64,000 bases of DNA. Source: a virus (lineage: Duplodnaviria; Heunggongvirae; Uroviricota; Caudoviricetes). A program made the position numbers and the translations under genes. Under the pieces are notes generated by a model. That model saw nothing but the letters and a program-made list of their open reading frames with translations. It searched no databases and was not told the DNA's origin. Positions 1 to 9,256 of this stretch are shown here, piece by piece. Position 1 is the stretch's first letter. Each line of letters starts with the position of its first letter. The DNA lies in the IMG/VR virus record IMGVR_UViG_3300008259_000020, positions 34,991-98,990 of that record. One strand, 5' to 3'.

Positions 1-1358
1 TTACAGATGTATTTTGTTAGATAATGTCCCCAACCATAATAATACATTAGGATAGAGATCCAACTAAACATATGCCCAGCAAGCATGGTTTCATAATCTA
101 CAGTTCTTGTGCTGCAAACAGCGTCAGTGTATTCAACAATATAGTCTTTTAAGTCCTTGGTACTTAGATAATATGTATCAAGAGGAACAGTTTTAGTTTT
201 TATGCCCCAGCGTTGTTGATATTTAGGATCTCCCATTGTGGCATTATTGGTAATAACCAGTGGATGTATCATTAAGAAACTATCCTGCCCTAGGTCGATT
301 AACTTTTGTATGCCTGTTTTAAGAGATTCGTAAGTTTCTTCAGGCATTGGCCATATAAGTTCGCTGTACGTTGGAATGTTTTCTTCTTTATAACGTTCTA
401 AGTAATGCTTTACTTCGTTTTCTTTTATATTAAAACGTTCACTGGCTTCAAGAGTAGGGTCGTTAAAACTTTGCATAGCAAACGTAACACCTTTGAATAT
501 GTCAACGCCGTTTGCTTTATTCATCATTGCTATTTCAAAGTTGCGATCGACATTGTTTTTAGCCCAAGTAGCATCCCACCAACGTGGATAACCGTACTTC
601 TTTTTAGTGTCAATAACATATTGTGTTATTTCAACGTCTCTTTCTAGTAATCCCCAATTGCTATCGCATACACTGACATATTCTATTCTATTGCGACCCA
701 TCCAGTCAATTTCTGCTTTGACACGATTTATATCAAACAGTGTTAGTTTATTCCAGTAACCGTCGCCGATATCACAGAACGCACAATGATAAGGACAGCC
801 TCTTAGTGTTTCAAATGTGACTTGCCACATAGTATCTTCAGGATAATTGGCCATAATAGGTTCATAAAACCCTTCTAGTATAGGACTTGGTATGTCTGAT
901 ATATCTAGAACTCTAGCAGCCATTTTTGGCATGTGAGTGCGAGTTTGCACATGAGGAATGTCGTTGTAGTTGTCCTCTCTTGCTAATATTTCTTTAAAGG
1001 CACGTTCTCCTTCTCCGTGAACTGCTAGATCAAACATAGGATATCGGTCAAAAAACTCAGGATCACGTTTGTGAATTTGTGGTCCGCCTACAACAATCTT
1101 ACAATTGGGCCATAATTTTTTAATTTCACGTGCCAGTGTTTGATTATATTCCCAATTCCATACGTAACTACTCATAGCAACCATCGAAGGATTGTCCATA
1201 GTTTTTACATAATCAGTAGGAGGTATTTTTTCAATAAGTGTGTCTTTGAGATTCCAGTTTTCATTGCGAGCGTATAGCCATTGATAAGCAATTGCCAATG
1301 GTAAAAACTTATTAGGTCCGTAAGCATCAACAACTTGTACTAGATAAATGTTTTTCAT
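1..1358 (-). CDS. B12-binding radical SAM protein, partial (start at 1358, C-terminus runs off the left edge)
   Basis: Translating the minus strand from the ATG at 1358 gives MKNIYLVQVVDAYGPNKF... with a Rossmann-like N-terminal region and a canonical CPYHCAFCD (CxxxCxxC) radical-SAM cluster motif. The ORF track lists no complete ORF here, so the frame must continue past position 1. The start overlaps the upstream stop (ATGA). Confidence 0.6.
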   Translation of the reverse strand, partial: MKNIYLVQVVDAYGPNKFLPLAIAYQWLYARNENWNLKDTLIEKIPPTDYVKTMDNPSMVAMSSYVWNWEYNQTLAREIKKLWPNCKIVVGGPQIHKRDPEFFDRYPMFDLAVHGEGERAFKEILAREDNYNDIPHVQTRTHMPKMAARVLDISDIPSPILEGFYEPIMANYPEDTMWQVTFETLRGCPYHCAFCDIGDGYWNKLTLFDINRVKAEIDWMGRNRIEYVSVCDSNWGLLERDVEITQYVIDTKKKYGYPRWWDATWAKNNVDRNFEIAMMNKANGVDIFKGVTFAMQSFNDPTLEASERFNIKENEVKHYLERYKEENIPTYSELIWPMPEETYESLKTGIQKLIDLGQDSFLMIHPLVITNNATMGDPKYQQRWGIKTKTVPLDTYYLSTKDLKDYIVEYTDAVCSTRTVDYETMLAGHMFSWISILMYYYGWGHYLTKYIC

Positions 1359-1876
1359 CTTAAGAATTCACGCCAATCTAACTCGTACTTTATCGAATCA
1401 ATCTTATGTATACCAATAAGATAAAGAACGTAAGAAGCAACACTACTACCACGACCGACTCCCCAAACAATATTGTTTTCTCGCATAAAATCCACAAGAT
1501 AGATCATGTACCTAAGTAGATTTTCTAAATCACGATCTAAGTAGGCAGATAATTCTTCTGCCATACGCTGAACTTGTACGTGATTGTCGCAGCGTTTATA
1601 AAGATATTCTAGTACGTCTATATCTTTATAGTTATCTGGCATATACCAGTCTTTTTGACAAAGATTGTCAAATTCAGATTTATTCACGTCTAACGGTACA
1701 TAGGCAGTTAACGTTGGCAACCCTAGTTCTTCCGATGCTTGATTAAATTTTTCTACATCGTCACTGGGATCGCAAAGTACAACATGACACATGTCCTGTC
1801 GACCCGAATATATCATATCAATTAAGTCGCGATTACTGAATCGCGGAATACCGAGATTGTCTGTTTTCAAAAGCAT
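1355..1876 (-). CDS. DnaE-like (C-family DNA polymerase III alpha) internal fragment, 173 aa
   Basis: C-terminal ...YMIYLVDFMRENNIVWGVGRGSSVASYVLYLIGIHKIDSIKYELDWREFLR matches the DnaE segment ...[49 protein letters not shown]. The protein ends just before where the palm PDFDIDF motif would be. Confidence 0.5.
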   Translation of the reverse strand: MLLKTDNLGIPRFSNRDLIDMIYSGRQDMCHVVLCDPSDDVEKFNQASEELGLPTLTAYVPLDVNKSEFDNLCQKDWYMPDNYKDIDVLEYLYKRCDNHVQVQRMAEELSAYLDRDLENLLRYMIYLVDFMRENNIVWGVGRGSSVASYVLYLIGIHKIDSIKYELDWREFLR

Positions 1877-1884
1877 ACCTTATT

Positions 1885-2115
1885 TTAGTTGATTTTGATT
1901 AAATCGTCAAGATCATCTTTGCCTTGTTCTTGCTGTTTACGTTTTGCAGCAACACGGCGTTCTTCTAAATCTAATTTATATGTATCCATCAACAAAATCA
2001 TTTGTTGTCTCACGGCGTCATTGTCAGTCATAAAGTATATAGAATTCAATCTCAACAACTTTTGCTCAATCTGAGACTCAGTTAGTTTCGATAAGTCTTC
2101 TGACATAGGGTGCAT
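1885..2115 (-). CDS. hypothetical protein (76 aa, charged, coiled-coil-like)
   Basis: Codon-consistent ORF tightly packed against its neighbours. Confidence 0.4.
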   Translation of the reverse strand: MHPMSEDLSKLTESQIEQKLLRLNSIYFMTDNDAVRQQMILLMDTYKLDLEERRVAAKRKQQEQGKDDLDDLIKIN

Positions 2116-2678
2116 TATGCAAACATTCCAAGATATCTTACAAATGCAGTTACGCCGCCGTCAAATGTACTAACTTCAATTAATTTTGGTTCAGTTGACG
2201 ATGTTGCAGTAAGAGGGGATGGATAGCCAGTAGCATACTTAACAGTTCCGCCTTCTGATGTTAGTGTAACATTCCATACATTGTCGTCACTGTATAAGAA
2301 CAGTCTCATAACCGAATAGTTTTCTGCGGCAAAGTCAGTGAATCTTAGTGTAACATCCGATTCTACTTTTATAACATGAACGTGTCCAGTTCCCCAAGAA
2401 ATATCTACGTTTGTAGTACTGCTCAATCCAGTAGCATAAGTTTCATTGGTAAGTTGTGTGGTTGCTAATAATGCTGCTTCGATGATTTGATTTCCACCAA
2501 AGTTATTGTTTTGATCTACTCTTGCAACACCGTCCTGCAGATCACCTATTTCATTTCTTGCTGTATTTAACGCAGTCTTGATAATATTAAAATTATCACG
2601 GAACCCCTGACTATCGTTGTCAACCCCGGCTACTGGGAAGTTTTCATCTATTGTACTTGCTATAATTGTACTTGCCAT
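2115..2678 (-). CDS. tail-fibre associated protein with a degenerate form of the shared N-terminal fibre domain
   Basis: N-terminus ...DNDSQGFRDNFNIIKTALNTARNEIGDLQDG resembles the NDGTGDxLRxAFxKxNxNF motif of the downstream fibre paralogs. A TATTTATCG late-promoter-like motif lies upstream. Confidence 0.45.
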   Translation of the reverse strand: MASTIIASTIDENFPVAGVDNDSQGFRDNFNIIKTALNTARNEIGDLQDGVARVDQNNNFGGNQIIEAALLATTQLTNETYATGLSSTTNVDISWGTGHVHVIKVESDVTLRFTDFAAENYSVMRLFLYSDDNVWNVTLTSEGGTVKYATGYPSPLTATSSTEPKLIEVSTFDGGVTAFVRYLGMFA

Positions 2679-2711
2679 TTTAAATTCCTTAATTTGTAAT
2701 ATTTATCGTTG

Positions 2712-5700
2712 TTATACGTTAAATTGATAATTTGCGAACAATATATACTGTTCTGTGCTGTTGCTGGTTGTTGCATCTATGATATATCTGTCAACTTCAA
2801 AGTTCAGTAAACTAAAGTCAAACCCAGAATTTGTGATATTATTTTTTATAGTGCTGCTGTAACCAGGCTTTGTATATACCAACGGTAATGCTAATACATA
2901 GTCGATTTCCGATAAACTGCCATTTTGTGCAGTACGCATCCACAGTGGTAAAAAGTCTCTAGAACTTTCTCCAGTTTCTTTTATATTTGCTCTCATATTA
3001 TCAATATTTGATATGTATTTTTTAACATCGTTTTGCTGTGATGATTTTATTGCGTTACTGTCTGCTGTAATAGTGTTTGTAGTTGGTTTATATCTAAATC
3101 TCCACGGAGCACCGGCATCTCCCGAAGGCTGAACAATAGTAGCATTGAACACAATATTTGTACCATCTCTTGTTAGAACTCTCAGTGCGCCGTTTGCGTT
3201 GTAAATAACTTCACTGCCGTCTCTTACAATAATAATCAAGTCCTCAGACACAAGTGGTATTGCAATTCCACCGTCTCTACCGCCAAGGTCTATAGTAATA
3301 GAACCATCACGTCCGCCAAATATGTCGTCTAATGGTTCGTACTTAACACTGTCTACTGTAATTTTTCCAGATCTATTTACAGTTTGGAAGAATTGTTTTG
3401 CTTTTCCAGACCTCGGTTTAGCCGGGTCTATTAGATCAACATATACAACTTCGTAGATTACTTCGTTGCTGCCTGGGTTTTTAGCAACCGCAGTTTTCAA
3501 TTCTCCAAACAAGAAACGTTTCTTTTTGTGATTTTTTGCTGTTGCACTAACAAAAGTTGCAATATCGTTTGTTTCAATTCCTGCATATATCAACGCACGT
3601 AATTTTTTCTGTATACCAAAATTAGAATCGCTGGGTCTGTAAACACTTCTAGGATCGAAAATCCGTGAGTCATTGATAAATTCGTCAAAAGATTGTTTTT
3701 GAGCAGGTATCAAAAATGGCTGAACAAAAATATTACTGTAAGTAAGATTGTCTTTGTCGTTTATTGATAGAGTAAATGTTCTAGAAACAGCACTAAATCC
3801 AAATCGATCTCTTGCCAATACTGTAAATGTATAGTCTCTGTCCAGTGAAGTAGTACTGCCGTCAAAAGTAGTAGTGCCGCCATCAAAGAAAGTAAGTCCA
3901 GGGTTTTCTACTGTGCCCGATATCGGAACTTTACCTACAATTTCTCCATCTAGTTTCAGTGTTAATCCTGGTGGCAATCTGCCTGAAACTAGATTATATT
4001 TCATATTTGCATCAGGGACTGTACTTTCTGCTTGAACAGACAGTGTGCTAATTCTGTTGGCCGGTAAAACACCAAGATTGCTGTCAGTGATCCATGTAAT
4101 TGTACTGTCAATTTCTCCAAGCAGTTTCAGTGTAAATGTTTTGCTTTTTGATGCAGTATCGACTTCTGCACGTGGAAACGATTTACTAAATCCAGCACCA
4201 ACATAGGTAGCCAAACTCAATTGTCTGCCAACGTCAAATGTTCTAGTCAGTGGTTGATCTAATAGTATTCTATCATTTAATCCAATTTGTGTTAGAACAA
4301 TGGCAGTGCTATCGGAAGTATGAAATAGGCTATTAATGTAACTGGTATTTCTATTTTGTGCAGTTGCAGGAATAACCAATCTTATTTCAGTAATATTAGA
4401 TCCGCCTGTTATAGTAACATAAGCAGGATTACCGTTGGAAGTTAACAGTTCATTTAATTTATTTGCAATTGTAGTAGTAACTGGTCCGGTTACACCTTCG
4501 TTAAGTTCGATATATGATGTAAGACTGTTGGTTGAAATTTTCCATTCAACATAAGGATAGATACTTCCGATTCTATAAACTTCGGAATCACTGAACTTTA
4601 AATTCTTTCCAGAGTAAAATAATTTATCCGACTCGCTGAGTGTAGTAACAAAGAAATAGTCTGTTCCTGTTGCAGTTTTTGTAACATTTAGTGGTGTTGC
4701 TGCTGGAGTAGGCTGCAATGTTTCAGTAAGAGTAATTGTGTCATACAATACGTTACTACCGTCAACACTTTCTACAGTATACGATCTTTGTTCTATAGCA
4801 ATTTCTTTGCCCACCAACGACTGCAAATCGTCTAAGCCATCGACGAGAGTTCTTGGTAGTTTTGCAACTCGGAATGTGCTTGTTCCAGAAAAGGCATCTT
4901 CGTAAAAACTAGCAAATACAGTAACCACACCTTGTTCTGCATTAAATCGTGTAGCAGTAATAGTAAACTTATATTCTTTGGTAATTGCTGGTTGGTATGG
5001 AACAATACCGGCAATTTCTCCAGTTTCGGAATCTAGAGTCATACCTGGCGGCAGTTCGCTCTTAGAATTGTCGTCGTTAATAGTTTCTAAAAAGTAAAGT
5101 ATATCGCCTTCGACGTTTGTAGGATCTAATACGTCAAGGTATACTGTTATAAAATTGTTTGCTCTTCTAACACCCAGATCTGCTGGTGTTAACCATACCG
5201 GAGTTCTAAAGTATGTAATGTCGGCTGTAAATACTCCATCGGCAGCCTTCATAATTGTGTTGTCTGCTCTTGTAAAGTCGTCGCCTACAACATAAATTTC
5301 AAATCGACGTTTTGCAAATGACACATTATCTGCAACTGTTACATAAAACTCGTATACTCTGTTTAATTTTTTAGGTGCTCTTGTAGGTATGTTATAGTCA
5401 TAGCCTTTGGTGTCATAGTAGTATGTGTCTAAACCGTTATCACTTGGAATAGTATAATCAAAAGGATACTTTCCGTATTCTACAACGTCGTACCCTGCAT
5501 TTAGTGCATTTACATCTAACGCTAAAAGTGGATCAACTACGCCAACAAGTCTGCCATCTCTTGTTAACTCAATGCCAGGTGGTAATTCACCTGCGCCGTC
5601 GGCAACAAAAAATTCTAAGTTGTCGCCTGCTGGTAAGTCTGTATCAGTAGCAAGAAGTTGAAAATCAATAAAACTGCTGTCTAAAATAAACAGTACGTTA

Positions 5701-6290
5701 TTTGGACCAACTGGTAGTCTGCCCTCAGGAGTTAACCACTGTGGATTATCCGGACCTTTGGTAACAATAGTAAATGTTCTATCTAATTCGCTTGATGACG
5801 TTTTTGCTCTAATTACAAAAGTACTTTGTGTAGTTCTTGCAACTTCAAATAGAGTACCTACAATTGAGTTATTTTCTAGTCTTAGTCCTGCAGGCAATTC
5901 CCCGCTGATCACTTCAGTTGTTATATCAGAGGTTTCTTCTAGTGGAAGTGCAATATTAACAGTTGTTCTTTCTTCAAAATTACCTAGTTCTGTATTATTT
6001 GGTACTGTCCATCTTGGATAATTTTCAACTATTAATCTAAAAGTTCTATCTAGTACTCCGGCAGGTGTTTGTGCTCTTATTACAAAAGAAAAGTTTGTGT
6101 TGTAAACAACTGTAGGAGCAGTGCCTACTATTGCATTTCTTTCTATTGCTAGACCAGTTGGCAAACTACCACTTAAAAAAAAGGTATTGAGTTCTGGCAT
6201 TTGCACTACCGGCAAAGGAATGTAAACTTCAGAATTTTCTGGTAATCTTCCTAGTTCTGTATTATTTGGTACTGTCCATTGTGGTAGCAT
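2712..6290 (-). CDS. large tail-fibre/structural protein (1192 aa) with N-terminal Ig-like (He_PIG / dystroglycan-type cadherin-like) repeats
   Basis: Repeated ~95-aa units WTVPNNTELG...LPxGLxLxxNxIVGT...FVIRAxT...LDRTF. Identical DNA repeats at 5984-6016 and 6250-6281. Gly/Thr/Asn-rich beta-type composition. Confidence 0.6.
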   Translation of the reverse strand: MLPQWTVPNNTELGRLPENSEVYIPLPVVQMPELNTFFLSGSLPTGLAIERNAIVGTAPTVVYNTNFSFVIRAQTPAGVLDRTFRLIVENYPRWTVPNNTELGNFEERTTVNIALPLEETSDITTEVISGELPAGLRLENNSIVGTLFEVARTTQSTFVIRAKTSSSELDRTFTIVTKGPDNPQWLTPEGRLPVGPNNVLFILDSSFIDFQLLATDTDLPAGDNLEFFVADGAGELPPGIELTRDGRLVGVVDPLLALDVNALNAGYDVVEYGKYPFDYTIPSDNGLDTYYYDTKGYDYNIPTRAPKKLNRVYEFYVTVADNVSFAKRRFEIYVVGDDFTRADNTIMKAADGVFTADITYFRTPVWLTPADLGVRRANNFITVYLDVLDPTNVEGDILYFLETINDDNSKSELPPGMTLDSETGEIAGIVPYQPAITKEYKFTITATRFNAEQGVVTVFASFYEDAFSGTSTFRVAKLPRTLVDGLDDLQSLVGKEIAIEQRSYTVESVDGSNVLYDTITLTETLQPTPAATPLNVTKTATGTDYFFVTTLSESDKLFYSGKNLKFSDSEVYRIGSIYPYVEWKISTNSLTSYIELNEGVTGPVTTTIANKLNELLTSNGNPAYVTITGGSNITEIRLVIPATAQNRNTSYINSLFHTSDSTAIVLTQIGLNDRILLDQPLTRTFDVGRQLSLATYVGAGFSKSFPRAEVDTASKSKTFTLKLLGEIDSTITWITDSNLGVLPANRISTLSVQAESTVPDANMKYNLVSGRLPPGLTLKLDGEIVGKVPISGTVENPGLTFFDGGTTTFDGSTTSLDRDYTFTVLARDRFGFSAVSRTFTLSINDKDNLTYSNIFVQPFLIPAQKQSFDEFINDSRIFDPRSVYRPSDSNFGIQKKLRALIYAGIETNDIATFVSATAKNHKKKRFLFGELKTAVAKNPGSNEVIYEVVYVDLIDPAKPRSGKAKQFFQTVNRSGKITVDSVKYEPLDDIFGGRDGSITIDLGGRDGGIAIPLVSEDLIIIVRDGSEVIYNANGALRVLTRDGTNIVFNATIVQPSGDAGAPWRFRYKPTTNTITADSNAIKSSQQNDVKKYISNIDNMRANIKETGESSRDFLPLWMRTAQNGSLSEIDYVLALPLVYTKPGYSSTIKNNITNSGFDFSLLNFEVDRYIIDATTSNSTEQYILFANYQFNV

Positions 6291-6299
6291 TTTTAGTCC

Positions 6300-7034
6300 T
6301 TATACAACTGTACCTAGATCAACTGTTCCTGCTGTAGGTGAAACAAATGATCCAAAATCTACTCCAACTTGGTTGATTACCCAACTTAAAATACTGTTGC
6401 TAGTAATACTTGAAAATTCTCCAAAATCAAAACTCTCAATATAACGTCCTATAGAGTCGTAGTAATTTACTGTTTCGCTTCCTGTTTCTGAACTTTGTAT
6501 ATCAGTCAGTGTCACTTTTGTTGCAACGACACTAGGTGTTACAATACTTTGTGTAGCAATATAATTAACATTTGTAATTTGTTTATTATTAGCATTAAGG
6601 TTTCCACCAAGTACTGGTGTTGTTTCATTAACCAAGGCACCGTTGATTGTAATAGTTTTATTATTTTCGTTAATTCCTACAACAATTCCGCTGGCACCAA
6701 AGATATTGTAGTTTAAGCCAGGACCTGCAATCAAACTTCCAGCATCGCCTGTGATAATAAAGTTACCAGTAGGGGATATGGTATCAATAACAATAGTATT
6801 GTCAAGTTCTTGTAATGTTACACTGTTTCCAGCAACTAAACGTCTAAAATTTAAAACGTTGTCAACTGTGTTAGCGTACACTCTAGCACCAGCAGAACCT
6901 AAGTTTGCTGCACTTTGAAATGCAATCAGTTCAATCTCTTGAAAGTTTTGATTTATCTTGATAAAGGCTTCTCGAAGATCATCACCTGTTCCGTCGTTAG
7001 CCGAGTTGCCCACATTGATATTTTGAATAGCCAT
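6300..7034 (-). CDS. tail-fibre protein paralog (244 aa) with the conserved N-terminal domain
   Basis: N-terminus MAIQNINVGNSANDGTGDDLREAFIKINQNFQEIE, shared with 8393-9256 and 9256-14844. Confidence 0.6.
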   Translation of the reverse strand: MAIQNINVGNSANDGTGDDLREAFIKINQNFQEIELIAFQSAANLGSAGARVYANTVDNVLNFRRLVAGNSVTLQELDNTIVIDTISPTGNFIITGDAGSLIAGPGLNYNIFGASGIVVGINENNKTITINGALVNETTPVLGGNLNANNKQITNVNYIATQSIVTPSVVATKVTLTDIQSSETGSETVNYYDSIGRYIESFDFGEFSSITSNSILSWVINQVGVDFGSFVSPTAGTVDLGTVV

Positions 7035-7064
7035 TTTAATCCCCGTTTTAAGTATTTATCGATA

Positions 7065-8360
7065 TTACGGAGCCGCAGGAGGGTTGTACAAGTTAACCCA
7101 TCCTGCTGTAGGTACAAAACTAACATAGGACGCTATACCAACGTATACTTGAACTTGACTTGTAGTTTCATTGTAAATTATGTCACCCAATTGCGGGGTT
7201 AATGCATTTCTTTGTGTAGTAGTTAATACTGGCAACTGAAACACACCTGCAAATATGCTAACTCTACTTGTTGCAGTTCCTGGAGTAATATTAATACTAC
7301 CAGCCGCGCCAATAGTTACATTAGACTTTCCAGGAATACCTTGTAGATCACCGTAGTAAACTGTATTTTGAACATACGAATTACTAAAATATCTCGAGTC
7401 TGACCCTAGGTCATAGACATTGGTTGTATCGGGTATGATACTGTTATAAAATGAAATTGCACTTTGACTTTTTATCTGTAGTGTGCTAGTGCCGCCGATG
7501 ATCAATATTCCAGCGTTTGAATCAACAGTTATTGTTTCATTGGTGTCAAACAATAGATTTCCTGTACTTCTTAGTGATGTACCGGAAACTTGCCCATTTG
7601 CAGTCAACCCTCCTACTGTAATACTATTTGTAGTTGCGTTACTGCGATCTGTAATAGCATCTAGTGTATCTGCTTCGGCAGTTAGATAATTGTTTGGGTT
7701 AGTAAGACCGTTATAAGGAGTATACCCTAGAGCATCTATAACATCTCCTGATGTTAAAGTAAAACTTGTTGTTGAAAATTGAATGCCATTTTCTGATCCA
7801 TTAATTTGTAAAAACTTACCAGCCTGACCTGAATAGGTGTTGGGTGTATCAGTTAAACCAGTTAATGAAAGTTCACTTATGTATCCTTCGGGGTTAAAAT
7901 CATCGTAAGGAGTATATCCTAGAGCATTAATAATATCGCTGCTAGATAGTACGGGCTTATTGTTTAAGTCGTTGTAATTTCCAGTTGTTGCAACAGTTGC
8001 TAGTACGGGCTTATTGTTTAAGTCGTTATAATTTCCAGTTGTTGCAACATTAGCAAATGCAGGAACATTATTTAAATCGTCCCAGTCTACTAGTTCTAAG
8101 ATGTTAGTATCGTTTATTCTAACCACACCTGTGACATTTAAGTTAGCGTTAGTAGAAATACTACCTGTAACAGTAACAGATCCACCTATAGTTGCGTTGC
8201 CCGATGTTTGAACAGTTGCAGAACTTATACTGTTAATCACTGATAAACTAGTAACGCCTACTAATCCGTTGCCAGTTAAATTAAGATTATCTCCAGACGG
8301 CAATTCTTTAATTTGGTTACCCGAACTAGTGTCAACAATAAGTGGAAATCTATTTGCCAT
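7065..8360 (-). CDS. tail-fibre protein (431 aa) with internal tandem repeats
   Basis: Tandem 18-aa repeat NNKPVLATVATTGNYNDL encoded by a 2x54-bp DNA tandem at about 7945-8052. Repeated ALGYTPY motif. Gly/Thr/Asn-rich. Confidence 0.55.
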   Translation of the reverse strand: MANRFPLIVDTSSGNQIKELPSGDNLNLTGNGLVGVTSLSVINSISSATVQTSGNATIGGSVTVTGSISTNANLNVTGVVRINDTNILELVDWDDLNNVPAFANVATTGNYNDLNNKPVLATVATTGNYNDLNNKPVLSSSDIINALGYTPYDDFNPEGYISELSLTGLTDTPNTYSGQAGKFLQINGSENGIQFSTTSFTLTSGDVIDALGYTPYNGLTNPNNYLTAEADTLDAITDRSNATTNSITVGGLTANGQVSGTSLRSTGNLLFDTNETITVDSNAGILIIGGTSTLQIKSQSAISFYNSIIPDTTNVYDLGSDSRYFSNSYVQNTVYYGDLQGIPGKSNVTIGAAGSINITPGTATSRVSIFAGVFQLPVLTTTQRNALTPQLGDIIYNETTSQVQVYVGIASYVSFVPTAGWVNLYNPPAAP

Positions 8361-8392
8361 TTTTTATTCCTATTTTATGTATTTATCGTATC

Positions 8393-9256
8393 TTACCAAG
8401 TGTCGCCCGACCAAGCAACTCGTTTCCAAATGTTAGTGACACCGTCATGGTTTTGTGTGCAGTAGTACATATATGTACTGTCAAATGCTACTGATCCCAC
8501 GTAATCATCGCTAACACCTATACTTGTAGATGGCACCGCGGAAAGTATTCTTACATATTCCGTAATAAGAACAACGGTTTTACCACCGCTAGTATTTCCA
8601 TCTCCGATTTGTACTTGCGATATTCCATCTTGGGAAACTATAAAGTTTGTATAGACGTTGTTATTATCAACTTCCCCGACAATCTTACCTGCCACACCAT
8701 CTACCAGTAGTGTGCTGTCGTCAGCGAATACACTACCAGTGACATCACCATCTAGTGAAGTTTGTGGTCCTGTATAGGCAGTAATCTGTACCGTGGCATC
8801 TGGAAATGTCAACGCTCCTGCACTATCAAATTTCCAGATTCGACTTCCGCCGACATACGTAACTTCGATTCCGGCTCCGTAGCCATCCTCCACCCAAATG
8901 TAAGTACCGTCTGTACTTTGTAACTGAGCGAGCGGTGCTTGGATATCAATAATTTCGCCTGTAGGGTTAGTTATACCATTGGCATCAAAAACAATATTAC
9001 CCAAACTGGGTATAGTCGGTTTATTGGTTAAATCATTGTAACTGCCACTGAATGTGGAATATTGACTAAGACTAACGCTGTTGCCACCACTTATAGCTAA
9101 TGTGTTTCCTACTAAAGTCAATGTTTGAGCATCAGTGTTTACTGCACGATCATACAATTCAGTAAAGTTGCTGTTGATCTTAGTAAAGGCTGTACGTAGC
9201 GGATCGCCATCGCCTTTGTTTGCACTCGACCCTATGTTAATGTTCTGCTTTGCCAT
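8393..9256 (-). CDS. tail-fibre protein paralog (287 aa) with the conserved N-terminal domain
   Basis: N-terminus MAKQNINIGSSANKGDGDPLRTAFTKINSNFTELY. Its start overlaps the stop of the upstream gene at 9256. Confidence 0.6.
   Translation of the reverse strand: MAKQNINIGSSANKGDGDPLRTAFTKINSNFTELYDRAVNTDAQTLTLVGNTLAISGGNSVSLSQYSTFSGSYNDLTNKPTIPSLGNIVFDANGITNPTGEIIDIQAPLAQLQSTDGTYIWVEDGYGAGIEVTYVGGSRIWKFDSAGALTFPDATVQITAYTGPQTSLDGDVTGSVFADDSTLLVDGVAGKIVGEVDNNNVYTNFIVSQDGISQVQIGDGNTSGGKTVVLITEYVRILSAVPSTSIGVSDDYVGSVAFDSTYMYYCTQNHDGVTNIWKRVAWSGDTW

Noticed and set aside
1-3. TTA at positions 1-3 as the stop of the radical SAM gene
   Set aside because: With the start fixed at 1358 by the ATGA overlap, that stop is not in frame (1358 is not a multiple of 3), and the ORF track lists no complete ORF here. 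The gene therefore continues beyond the window.
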